Origin: Octopus vulgaris
Lineage: Eukaryota
DNA: 64,000 nucleotides
Direction: 5' to 3'
Assembly: GCA_951406725.2 (NCBI GenBank)
Contig: OX597819.1
Coordinates: 5,952,001-6,016,000, forward strand
Part shown: piece by piece, positions 1-12,592 of the stretch
Numbering within the stretch: the stretch's first letter is position 1
How the letters are laid out: each line of letters begins with the position of its first letter
Program-made: the position numbers and the translations under genes
Notes under the pieces: model-generated
Told to the model about the DNA's origin: nothing
Databases searched by the model: none
The model's input: the letters and a program-made list of their open reading frames with translations, nothing else

Positions 1-149
1 GCACAACCGACTTAGCTGAAAATAGGCATTGCATTGTTAAGAAGATATCTTCAATTAGAGAAAAAAAGAACACAAACAGATTATTCATGAAATTAGAAGT
101 CAAAGGCTCTCGCTATGCTTAATGTTAAAAGAAAACAAGTAAAGGAAAT

Positions 150-245
150 ACTGATTTCAAATTTTAGTACAAGGCCAGCAATTTTAGGGGTGAGTGTATG
201 TCGATTACATCGACTTGTGTGTTCAATTAGTACTTATTTTAGCGA
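150..245 (-). mobile_element. Decayed Nin-domain SINE 3' fragment
   Basis: Reverse complement resembles the 'aagtacca...gtcgatgtaatcgac' tail of the SINE at 4348 and 44472. Confidence 0.45.
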
Positions 246-488
246 AATAAATCAACATGATCGAAATTTTCAGAAAATATAGAGAAGACGTTGTGGGAGG
301 TGGTGTGATCTTTAAGTCAATGGGAAAAGAAACTAACAACGGACAAGCTTCTGTCTTATTAAATCTTTTCAGCATGATATGGAAGCAATCGGTAAAATGG
401 ATAAAGGTTGTTCGTTAATTTTTTTAATCTATGAAGAAATAGTTAAATTAGCCCCGTTTGTATATCTACTACGTAACTTGCATATTGG

Positions 489-825
489 AGACCCCCTTCG
501 GTCACGACACAGACCATGGGATTGCACCTAGAAAGTTACCCTCCTAGACACAAGTCCGGGCGAGGTTGTTTATGGAAGACCATCAGTCGCCCTTGCATAC
601 CAGCCTCCCCTCTCCACGCCACCAGTGTTATCCAAGGGAAAGACAAAGGTCGATAAAGCTTGGCACCAGTGACGTCGCAACTCATTTCTACAGCCGAGTG
701 AATTGGAGCAACGTGAAATAAAGTGCCTTGCTCAAGAACACAACACGCAGCCCGGTCCGGGATTCGAGCTCACAGCCTCACGATCGTAAGCTCGACGCTC
801 TAACCACTGAGGCATGCGCCTTCAC
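489..825 (-). mobile_element. tRNA-derived SINE (family A, Meta-like central domain)
   Basis: Minus strand has A box (cagtggttagagcg), B box (gagctcgaatcc) and 'gtgttcttgagcaaggcact...ttgctcca' core; near-identical copy at 56746-57073. Confidence 0.85.
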
Positions 826-1147
826 TAACTTGTATATATTATATCATTACTTGATATCCTGTAGATTGAGATCCACATTGAACTGGTCGCAGATAAAGTT
901 AGCAGCTCCATTTCTCTGCAGCCGTGGGATTCGTTGTGTATATTAACAGATTGCTTACTTGTTTCTCTGGAAATGGTCAGATAATGCAGGCACCGCTGGT
1001 TAGAACCCAATAGGGTTAGAAAATCGATTAAGGTTGTTGGTCATTTGGTAAGATCTGTGGAGAAATAGCTAAATTTACCCTGTTCGTATGTCTACTACAT
1101 AGTTTACACACTCATGCGCGCGCATATATGTATTTATGCATGTATGC

Positions 1148-1286
<139 letters not shown>

Positions 1287-1297
1287 ATATATAACTA

Positions 1298-1875
1298 TAC
1301 AAGGGGCGTTCAATAAGTAACGCCCCTGACCCACTTCCCATAGCAGTAGAGCAACGAACTTGGCACAGTTATTAGTCTTTTTCTACATAGGAACCACCCA
1401 GAGTTATGCATTTCTCCCATTGTTTGATGCAGCTCTGGAGACCGTTTTTGTAGAAGAACCCAGCTTGGTCCTCCAACCTGAACGTGACTTCAGAAATCAA
1501 GGCTGCATCATCTGGGAAACGCTTTCCTTTCAAAAACAACTTCATGATTGGGAAGAGGTGAAAATCAGAGGGTGCAAGGTCAGGAAAGTAGGGGGATGGG
1601 GAGGAGTTCATAGCCATACGCCTGTGCTTCTGATCTGGCGACACGCGAGTTGTGGACCGGAGCGTTGTCCTGCAGGAGGGGGATACCTTTGCTGATCTTG
1701 CCCCGCCTCTTGATTTTGATAACTTCTCTTAATTTCCTTAAAAGTGAAGCATAATAGGCTCCTGTAATTGTGGTTCCCTTTGCTAGGAAATCCGTCATCA
1801 CTACTCCGTCCTGGTCCCAGAAGACTGTAAGCATGACCTTACCAGCGGAGGGCTGCACCCTTGCCTTGTCCGGAG
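1298..1875 (-). mobile_element. Mariner (DD34D) transposon 3' half with frameshifted transposase pseudogene and one TIR
   Basis: Motifs GKVMLTVFWD, LLQDNAPVH and PDLAPSDFHLF across two frames; terminus TA-caaggggcgttcaataagt is a mariner-type TIR. Confidence 0.92.
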
Positions 1876-2265
1876 GTGAACACTATTAAATTTACATCTA
1901 ATGTAGGATAACATTTTTTCGGACTCTCTCACTCTGTGAAAGTTTCTAGTTCGAATCACACATGTCTCGAGATGTGCTGAAGATTTTCTATTTTGGATAT
2001 ATTTGGGGTACTTAGGTCTGCTCAGGACTTTGTGTTTGCTTTTTCCATGAGTATGAGCAAGTATTTCATTTATGTCTTACGTATTTATTGCTGAGGAGGA
2101 GAAAATTCTTATGAATTAACTCTGAAATTGGGACCAATACGATAATAACGGAATTTTTTAGAAATTTCTATCGGCTTGTTTCAAGACGCATAAATTATAA
2201 TGGTTATTGACAATTTGTCTATTTTCGGCATATTTTTAGAATTTTTCTTTTGCCCTTATTTTATA
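1870..2265 (+). mobile_element. PLE pLTR-like non-coding repeat with decayed hammerhead
   Basis: Diverged reverse-complement homolog of 49012-49412; contains CTGAGGA...GAAA at 2086-2139. Confidence 0.6.
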
Positions 2266-2279
2266 CAGATGCACATAGT

Positions 2280-2690
2280 GCCGATATTGATTGATTTGTG
2301 AAGATGACTTACTCATTGATAACCATACCGGATACTATAAATAGGAGTTGACTTAAAAGGTCTAACTGGGCTTGTATGTGAAAGCGGTCTTGGACGCTGT
2401 TGTGAAGGGGCACATAATTTCCTCCTGGCTATCATACCTGCTAATTAAGGTCGGTGACGCCAAACATGTCTTTGCATTCGGGCATCGAGAACACTTGCTT
2501 TTTCACTACTGCCGCTACATAAACAATAATGGACTTGATCGCTTGAACTGCAAGAAAATAGCAGGGTTTTCTCAAACTATATCCGAGTGTTTTCAAACCT
2601 GCGGACACGTTGGACCATGCAGTATTAGAAGAAAAGCGGCGAATAACAAAGATTTTCACCAGTGCTGGATTTACCATTTGCAAATGGTAA
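2280..2690 (+). pseudogene. Possible highly decayed BEL/Pao reverse-transcriptase fragment
   Basis: Frame ending at 2690 reads ADTLDHAVLEEKRRITKIFTSAGFTICKW, similar to the BEL/Pao 'GAD...IFxxAGFxLxKW' motif; many stops. Confidence 0.3.
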
Positions 2691-3237
2691 ATTATAACAG
2701 GTCTTTTTAGATGAACAAAAAGTATTTAACATTTTCATTTTTGTGGTTTTAGTTCAATAAACAAATAATTATATCGTTTATTGATATTTAGCATTAAATG
2801 AATAAATTTAAAAAGATTATATTTAATATACAGTCATACACAGTGCAGTAAGTGACGGCTACCATAGGAGAAATAGTCCGAACTTAGTCATGAATGAATA
2901 TTTAACACCCTTCGGATTACTATGAGGTTTAACAAAATTAATAGAATAACTCAAAGATACAAATACGGCGAATTCTCTGCTTCACTGTTGAGATCACAAT
3001 AAAAGTAAAGAATTCTCAAAATAATTAAAATATTAATTTTTGACTAATATTAAGTTTTTTCTCGGTTACAAAAATAATTCCCATGTAAGTTATAAATTCG
3101 TTCTCCATTGAATAAATTTGCACTAATTTAACTGATGTTTTTCAAACATACATCATCACTAAACCATTTTATTTTCTCCTTCAATAAGTACATGAATTTA
3201 GTTTATTGCTGTTATGAAAGTATGGTGAAGTACATGC

Positions 3238-3276
3238 TTTGCTGATGAGGCTATAACAAGACCGAACCATGTCCAG
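3238..3276 (+). ncRNA. Decayed type I hammerhead ribozyme motif
   Basis: ttg CTGATGA gg..cc GAAC(A>C)C at GTC cag; A15.1 is mutated. Confidence 0.4.
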
Positions 3277-3948
3277 TCTAGACTCCCGTTCCTTCCAAAA
3301 TAATATAAGCAACATTAGCCACTGATTAATATTGTATCTTCCTCGGCGAGTAATTATTTATCTTTTGCTTCTTAAAGCTTACGTAAAATATACATGCTCA
3401 CAGTAACTGAACTAGAATTCATTAAATGTTCGTATTTAATGATGTAATTATTGTTATTTTTTTAATATTAAAATCCGTTAGATAAACAATGACTCGGTAG
3501 TGTATAGTGTGAAGAAAACGTGATACGATCGAGATTTATTAACAAGTGAATGGAAGATAATCAATGCGTATCTTAAGGAGGTCGCCAACTACAGAAACAG
3601 ATCTGTAACCTCTACTGAGAAAATCGTTGTGTCTAAAATTACTGAACTGCATGAAGAAATGACCTCATAGAATTGGGTAGGCCTCGCTAATGCAATGAGG
3701 CTATCACTAGCTGACCTTCAGCCACATGAATTAATTGTTTAAATATTGGTCTTGAATTATTTCACGATTTGAAGCACGTGTGAATGAAAGAGAACAAATG
3801 AAGGAGGTCGTATGACAGCAAGGGAGACGATCTTCATGTTAATGAACTCTTTTGACTGTGTTTATCATTGCGTTATTGCGGTGAGGGAGTATGGAGTGGT
3901 CTGACGAAGAGGGAAATATAAGCATGAAGAAGTGATAAAGAGCAAGAG

Positions 3949-3989
<41 letters not shown>

Positions 3990-4101
3990 GGGGATAGAGG
4001 GATAGAGAGAAAGCGAAAGTGAAAGTGATTTAAAAAGAAAGGTGAGCTTAACAATGAAACGGGGGAACGACAATCGTGTGTGTGTGTGTGTAATGGTTAA
4101 G

Positions 4102-4340
4102 ATGGAGGCGCGTGGGTTAGTGGTTAGGGTGTTAGCATCATGATCGTAAGGTTGTGGTTTCGATTCCTGGACCGGGCGATGCGTTGTGTTCTTGAGCAAA
4201 ACACTTCATTTTACGTTGCTCCAGTCCACTCAGCTGGTAAGAATGAGTAACGCTGCGATGGACTGGCGTCCCATCCAGCTGGGGAACACATACAGCATAG
4301 AAACCGGGCCCACGAGTCTGGTTAGGCTTTAAAAGGGCGA
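4102..4340 (+). mobile_element. tRNA-derived SINE (family B, Meta-like domain)
   Basis: A box tagtggttagg, B box ggtttcgattcc, core 'gtgttcttgagcaaaacact...ttgctccagtccactcagctg'. Confidence 0.8.
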
Positions 4341-4347
4341 AGTAAAA

Positions 4348-6053
4348 GGCGGCGAGCTGGCAGAAACGTTAGCACGCCGGGCGAAATGCTTTGCGGTATT
4401 TCGTCTGCCGTTACGTTCTGAGTTCAAATTCCGCCGAGGTCGACTTTGCCTTTCATCCTTCCGGGGTCGATAAATTAAGTACCAGTTACGCACTGGGGTC
4501 GATGTAATCGACTTAATACCTATGTCTGTCCTTGTTTGTATCCTCTGTGTTTAGCCCCTTGTGGGTAATAAAGAAATAGGTATTTCGTCTGCCGTTACGT
4601 TCTGAGTTCAAATTCCGCCGAGGTCGACTTTGCTTTTCATCCTTTCGGGCTCGATAAATGAAGTACCAGTTACACACTGGGGTCGATGTAATCGACTTAA
4701 TACCTATGTCTGTCCTTGTTTGTCCCCTCTGTGTTTAGCCCCTTGTGGGTAATAAAGAAATAGCTATTTCGTCTGCCGTTACGTTCTGAATTCAAATTCC
4801 GCCGAGGTCGACTTTGCCTTTCATCCTTTCGGGGTCGATAAATGAAGTACCAGTTACACACTGGGGTCGATGTAATCGACTTAATACCTATGTCTGTCCT
4901 TGTTTGTCCCCTCTGTGTTTAGCCCCTTGTGGGTAATAAAGAAATAGGTATTTCGTCTGCCGTTACGTTCTGAATTCAAATTCCGCCGAGGTCGACTTTG
5001 CCTTTCATCCTTTCGGGGTCGATAAATTAAGTACCAGTTACGCACTGGGGTCGATGTAATCGACTTAATGCTTATGTCTGTCCTTGTTTGTCCCCTCTGT
5101 GTTTAGCCCCTTGTGGGTAATAAAGAAATAGGTATTTCGTCTGCCGTTACGTTCTGAGTTCAAATTCCGCCGAGGTCGACTTTGCCTTTCATCCTTCCGG
5201 GGTCGATAAATTAAGTACCAGTTACGCACTGGGGTCGATGTAATCGACTTAATACCTATGTCTGTCCTTGTTTGTATCCTCTGTGTTTAGCCCCTTGTGG
5301 GTAATAAAGAAATAGGTATTTCGTCTGCCGTTACGTTCTGAGTTCAAATTCCGCCGAGGTCGACTTTGCTTTTCATCCTTTCGGGCTCGATAAATGAAGT
5401 ACCAGTTACACACTGGGGTCGATGTAATCGACTTAATACCTATGTCTGTCCTTGTTTGTCCCCTCTGTGTTTAGCCCCTTGTGGGTAATAAAGAAATAGC
5501 TATTTCGTCTGCCGTTACGTTCTGAATTCAAATTCCGCCGAGGTCGACTTTGCCTTTCATCCTTTCGGGGTCGATAAATTAAGTACCAGTTACGCACTGG
5601 AGTCGATGTAATCGACTTAATGCTTATGTCTGTCCTTGTTTGTCCCCTCTGTGTTTAGCCCCTTGTGGGTAATAAAGAAATAGGTATTTCGTCTGCCTTT
5701 ACGTTCTGAGTTCAAATTCCACCGAGGTCGACTTTGCCTTTCATCCTTTCGGGGTCGATAAATTAAGTACCAGTTACACACTGGGGTCGATGTAATCGAC
5801 TTAATACCTATGTCTGTCCTTGTTTGTCTCCCTCTGTGTTTAGCCCCCTGTGGGTAATAAAGAAATAGGTATTTCGTCTGCCGTTACGTTCTGAGTTCAA
5901 ATTCCGCCGAGGTCGACTTTGCCTTTCATCCTTTCGAGGTCTATAAATGAAGTACCAGTTACGCACTGGGGTCGATGTAATCGACTTAATACCTATGTCT
6001 GTCTTTGTTTGTCCCCTCTGTGTTTAGCCCCTTGTGGGTAATAAAGAAATAGG
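4348..6053 (+). repeat. Nin-domain SINE with body amplified as 9 tandem 184-bp units
   Basis: Units start at 4395, 4579, 4763, 4947, 5131, 5315, 5499, 5683 and 5868; each has B box gagttcaaattcc and the Nin-like 'gcctttcatcctttcggggtcgataaattaagtacca'; monomer at 44472-44700. Confidence 0.92.
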
Positions 6054-6333
6054 TGAAGGTAATCGGCTCACGATCGTAAGAACGTGAGTTCAGTTTCCGG
6101 CGACGCGTTTCACGTTGCTCCAGTCCACTCAGCTGGTAGAAATGAGTTGTACCTCTAATTCAAAGGGCCAGCCTTATCGCATTCGTGTCACGCAGAATCT
6201 CCCTGAGACCTACGTTAGAGGTATGAGTGTCTGTGGAATGCTCGGCCACTTACTTGTTAATTTCGCGAGTAGGCTGTCCCGTTGATCGGATCAACTAAAA
6301 CCTTCGACGTTGTAACCGACGACGGAGTGCCAA

Positions 6334-6335
<2 letters not shown>
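6054..6335 (+). mobile_element. 5'-damaged tRNA-derived SINE (Meta-like core, tail shared with 50653 SINE)
   Basis: 'ttgctccagtccactcagctgg' core; tail 'caaagggcc...ctacgtta...gtctgtgga..gctc.gccacttac' matches 50865-51035. Confidence 0.75.
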
Positions 6336-6383
<48 letters not shown>

Positions 6384-6391
<8 letters not shown>

Positions 6392-6665
6392 TAAATTAGA
6401 GACAAAACCACTATTAGGCAAATCATACAATGAAAAACTTAAGCCAATACATAAGATTATTTAATTTATATCATTTAAATATATAACAATATATTTAAAT
6501 AATATAAATTAAATAATCTTATGTATTGGCTTAAGTTTTTCATTGTATGATTTGCCTAATAGTGGTTTTGTCTCTAATTTAATATAATATAGTATTTTAC
6601 TATAAAATTGGATTCAATCATAAATCTGATTTTTCCCTGTAAGTTTGGATTTATTCCCTAATATT

Positions 6666-6670
<5 letters not shown>
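6384..6670. repeat. Fold-back insert in (TA)n: about 100-bp near-perfect inverted repeat plus 80-bp extension
   Basis: 6384-6485 is the reverse complement of about 6490-6590; related end fragment at 43135-43172. Confidence 0.9.
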
Positions 6671-6722
<52 letters not shown>

Positions 6723-6760
6723 CATATGTGTGTGCGTGTGTGTATATATATATATATATA

Positions 6761-6885
6761 TACGTGGGTGTATGAAAAGTCTTGAGCCTCAAAAAACAAA
6801 ACATGGTACAAGACTTCTGATGAAGGTACAAGACTTCAAGGCTCAAAGTCCTTGAAGGTTCAAAACTTTTCATACACCTTTCGTA
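6761..6885. mobile_element. Mariner-type MITE
   Basis: Imperfect TIRs tacgtgggtgtatgaaaagtcttgagcct / aggttcaaaacttttcatacacctttcgta with TA ends. Confidence 0.65.
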
Positions 6886-7129
6886 TATAAATATAAGGAT
6901 ATTATTGCTTATCAGTGGCTTAGCATGCGTAAAAAAACTATAACTGTAAAAAATTATCAATTAATAATTAAGGGTGCTAACGAGCAGTACCGCCCTGCTA
7001 AATATAGCAGTCAAAAGGACCAAACCACAAATTTTCACTTAAACACAAAGGTGAAAGAAGACAGACGAATAACAATTCTAAAACCCCGTACCGATGAGGA
7101 AAATAATTGAAAATTGAAAAAGCCAGACA

Positions 7130-7187
7130 TACCCGTATCAACGTGATTTCGAACTTTGGAATATTCTTACTTCATCTTCAATGAGTA
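7130..7187 (-). ncRNA. Decayed type I hammerhead motif
   Basis: tactca TTGAAGA t gaa..ttc GAAA tca cgt tg ATA cgggta; stem I 5/6 paired, stem III ATCA/TGAT. Confidence 0.45.
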
Positions 7188-7613
7188 TTACTGATCCCAG
7201 AGTTATAGAGATTATACATCTCAACCAATGTGTACGATGATCGTTTTTAATGCGGCGGCAAATTTAAAAAGGTGATCGAAGGAATAAAAATTATTTCAAT
7301 ATATATATGAATATATGATTGTTTATAATAATATCATTGGCATATATATATGTGTATATGTATGTATATATATATATATCAGCCGAAATTGCTACGATGA
7401 TCCGGTTCTTGACTGAAGATTGAGGGCTTCGAATGTCCCGTCCGTGTTTTTTGTATCGTCTTCTAAGTGTTTTGCGTTCTTGTCCCAGTTTGTATTTTTC
7501 TACATATAATAATAATAATAATATATATATACATATATAAGTGTGTGTATGTGTGTGTTGTATGTATGCATGTATGTATGTATGTATGAATGTATGTAAT
7601 GTATATATGTATG

Positions 7614-7692
<79 letters not shown>

Positions 7693-7770
7693 TACCTATA
7701 TGATATATGTTTATACATACGAGTGTCAATGTGTGCATGTGTGATTATGAATGCATATGTGATATGTTGA

Positions 7771-8490
7771 TGTGCAATCTGCACCCGATATATATATTGC
7801 AAACAGAGGAGTGAACCCTTACCATCTCTCAGCCACGAGACCACAAGACCGCACGGTTTCGAGCGCTGTGTGCTCTGTGATGGATACTTGTCCACTAGAG
7901 ATAGCAGTAGCTCGCTCCAGCTTGCAACAACCAGCAGGAGGAAGCGTCCGCCAGGAGTTAAAATGGTAATAACGTCGGTTCTTCCTGCGGAACAGCCATA
8001 TTTAAGTGGCGGTAAACTTCGTAGAGTAGTTACTGCTTTCATCTCTTATAGAGATTTTCTAAGTGGCTAATTTGCTTGCTGGAAGATGAATGACTGGGTA
8101 TCACTTATTTTCCATATATTGCCAGCTGGAGCGAATTACTGCTATCTCTAGCGGACGGGTATCCACTACCAAGGATGAGCACAAAGTGCTCGAAACCGTA
8201 CTGTCTGGTGGTCTCATGGTTGGAGGATGAGACCACCAGACAGTACCAGACCACCAGACTACCAGACAGTACCAGACCACCAGACAGTACCAGACCACCA
8301 GACTACTCTGCTTGCGATATATATCAGGTGCAGATTGCATCGAATAACTAGATGGAGGAAGCGTCTTCCTAGAGTTATATTTGTGTATAAATTTTTATTA
8401 TATCCCTGGTTTTTTATGCGCTAAGCCACTTGGTGTTAAATTGATGGTATCATTAAATTAATATCCAATTTTTCACCCTTATTTGTGCTA
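7771..8490. repeat. Diverged fold-back element with hammerhead (8163-8211, +) and PLE-type tail
   Basis: 7771-7927 is the reverse complement of 8119-8340; tail 8405-8490 matches 57510-57607 and abuts (TA)n. Confidence 0.7.
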
Positions 8491-9349
8491 TATATATATA
8501 TATATAATGTGTGCATTATGTGGTCAGTTGAGCTGAAAATACGCACACCTATGTTAAAAGTGCTGGCGAGTTTGCATGGCAACCATTTTTTCCTCAAATG
8601 ACCTCTAGGACAAAATTCCTCATATTATAAAATGTGGTCCGAGTAGACCCAAATGGAATCGGGTTATATTAACCAAAATGTGAAAAGGGGTCTAAATGGG
8701 GCTGGAAGGGGATCAACATTTACAGGAGAGGGTGTTTAGGAATTTTCTGTTACAGCAAGCTAAAAAATTTGCGTCAGCCTTTAAATCGTCAATGTGTTAC
8801 CGTTCATGATGAAGAAATTTTGAATGCTTGCCATGGTGAGTCTACTGTCGTGAGAAAGAATCACTTCAAAACTTAGCGTTGAGGAATTTTCTTTTACATC
8901 AAGTTCAAAATTTTACGCCAGCCGTTAAACTGCCACTACGTTGCTGTCCGTCGTTAAGAAATGCCAGCCATGGTGACTCTACTATCCTCAGATTCTATCC
9001 CTTCAAACTTTGGTTGCCAATAATTTTTTTATTTTTATTCAGCTCGCAAGTTCGTCTGTCCCTTTTAACTGTTAGTGTTTTGCTGTCTGCCTTGAAGCAG
9101 ACCATTCCGTTGTCACTGCCTGATATTTATGATTGATCTTTCAAACTATATTCTTTCTCAACTTACTCAAGATCTTTTGTTGTTTATAAATGGGAGAGAG
9201 AGAGAGTGATAGAGAAAGATAGAGAGTAAGAGAAAGCGAGGAAGAGTCCGAGAGAAAGGAAGAGTAAGAGAGTGGGAAAGTGAAAGAGAAAGGAGAGAGA
9301 AACAAAGAGGGAGAATGTGGTGATAAACAACAGAAAGTAACAACCACAC

Positions 9350-9385
9350 TCTTACCTGCGCGTAGAGCGGGTCACCGTAAGCTAG
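9350..9385 (+). mobile_element. Helitron-like 3' end, immediately followed by a Helitron-like 5' start (TCTATATATATAAAA) at 9386
   Basis: GC hairpin cctgcgcgtagagcggg then CTAG|T. Confidence 0.55.
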
Positions 9386-9802
9386 TCTATATATATAAAA
9401 CTGATAATGTGTGTCTGTCTGTCTGTGTGAATCCCTAAAACTTGAGAACAACACAACCAATTTCATTCAAATTTTACACACGTCTTACTTAAGGTCCAGG
9501 GAGTATCATCTAACTTCTTGCCTAGGGCGAGCCCACAGCGATATCATATATTCTCCACTATTTCAGTATTACGTGTTAAAAGTGAAACAAAAACACCTCT
9601 CTATTGTAATGTCAGATACTTTCATTTTAATACTGAAACTAATAAAGTCAAACTATCATATAAGAGGGATGAACCATTAACAGTGGACATCCATTTTGCA
9701 AGAAGAAGATCCGCTATGGTCTTATATGCTACACCACTGGTTTTCAATTCATATTAATATTCAATTTCTCACCCTTATTATTTTAAATTTAAATTTAAAC
9801 CC

Positions 9803-10660
9803 AGGACCATGTGTTTTGGAACGAAGTTTGTTACCACACAGCCACACCTGCACCTATGTATGTGCGTGTGTGTGTGTGTGTATAGCTGTATATGTATACA
9901 TTTATTTCTATACATATAGATGTATATGTATACATGTATATGTGTAGATGTATATATATATAGATGTACATGTAATATGTACACATATATATTCACATAT
10001 ATACATGCATACATATATACACACACACACACACACATACATAGGTGCAGGTGTGGCTGTGTGGTAACAAACTTCGTTCCAAAACACATGGTCCTCAGTT
10101 CAGTCCCACTGTGTGGTAACTTGACATGTGTCTTCTGCTATAGCCTCAGACCAACCAAAGCCTTGTCAGTGGATTTTGTAGACAGAAACTGAAAGAAATC
10201 AATCGTATATATATATGTATGTATATATGTAAGTCTGTGTGTGTGTCTTTGTGTTTATCCCTCATCACTGCCTCACAACTGGTGTTCGTTTATTTACATC
10301 CCCATAACTTACTGGTTTCACAAGAAGAAACTGATAGAATAAGTACCAGGCTTATCAAAATAAAAAAACCCACTAGGCAGTATCTCATATTTTTGTTTGC
10401 CTAAACAATTTATGTTTGTGTGTATGTGTGTGTGTGTATACATATGCATACATATATATATGGATTTCGTAGACAGAAACTTAAAGAAATCAATCGTATA
10501 TATATATATGTATATATTTAAGTGTATGTGTGTGACTTTGTTTCTGTGTTTCACCCTCATCACTGCTTCACAACTGCTGTTCGTTTATTTACATCCCTAT
10601 AACTTACTGGTTTCACAAGAAGAAACTAATAGAATAAGTACCAGGCTTATCAACATAAAG
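9803..10660 (+). mobile_element. Diverged family-E SINE (10043-10370) with inverted head duplicate (9803-9865) and tandem partial duplicate (10460-10655)
   Basis: Homology to 52062-52460; identical inverted arms around a microsatellite. Confidence 0.75.
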
Positions 10661-10739
10661 AAGCACTACGCTGTGTTGTATCTATCAATGTATCTTTGTG
10701 TGTGTGTATTATATATATATAATACACACACACACACAC

Positions 10740-10797
<58 letters not shown>

Positions 10798-10812
10798 ATA
10801 TGTGTACATTCA

Positions 10813-12555
<1,743 letters not shown>

Positions 12556-12592
12556 GCGCAGGAGTGGCTGTGTGGTAAGTAGCTTGCTAACC

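Noticed and set aside
3520-3670. Short frame RDLLTSEWKIINAYLKEV, faintly hAT-like or a possible host exon
   Set aside because: No supporting motifs, termini or clear splice context
4395-6053. CRISPR-like or tRNA gene array
   Set aside because: Whole 184-bp units repeat with no unique spacers, and they derive from a SINE body with no complete cloverleaf
7405-7445. CTGAAGA...GAA hammerhead candidate
   Set aside because: No GAAA core and no stem I pairing
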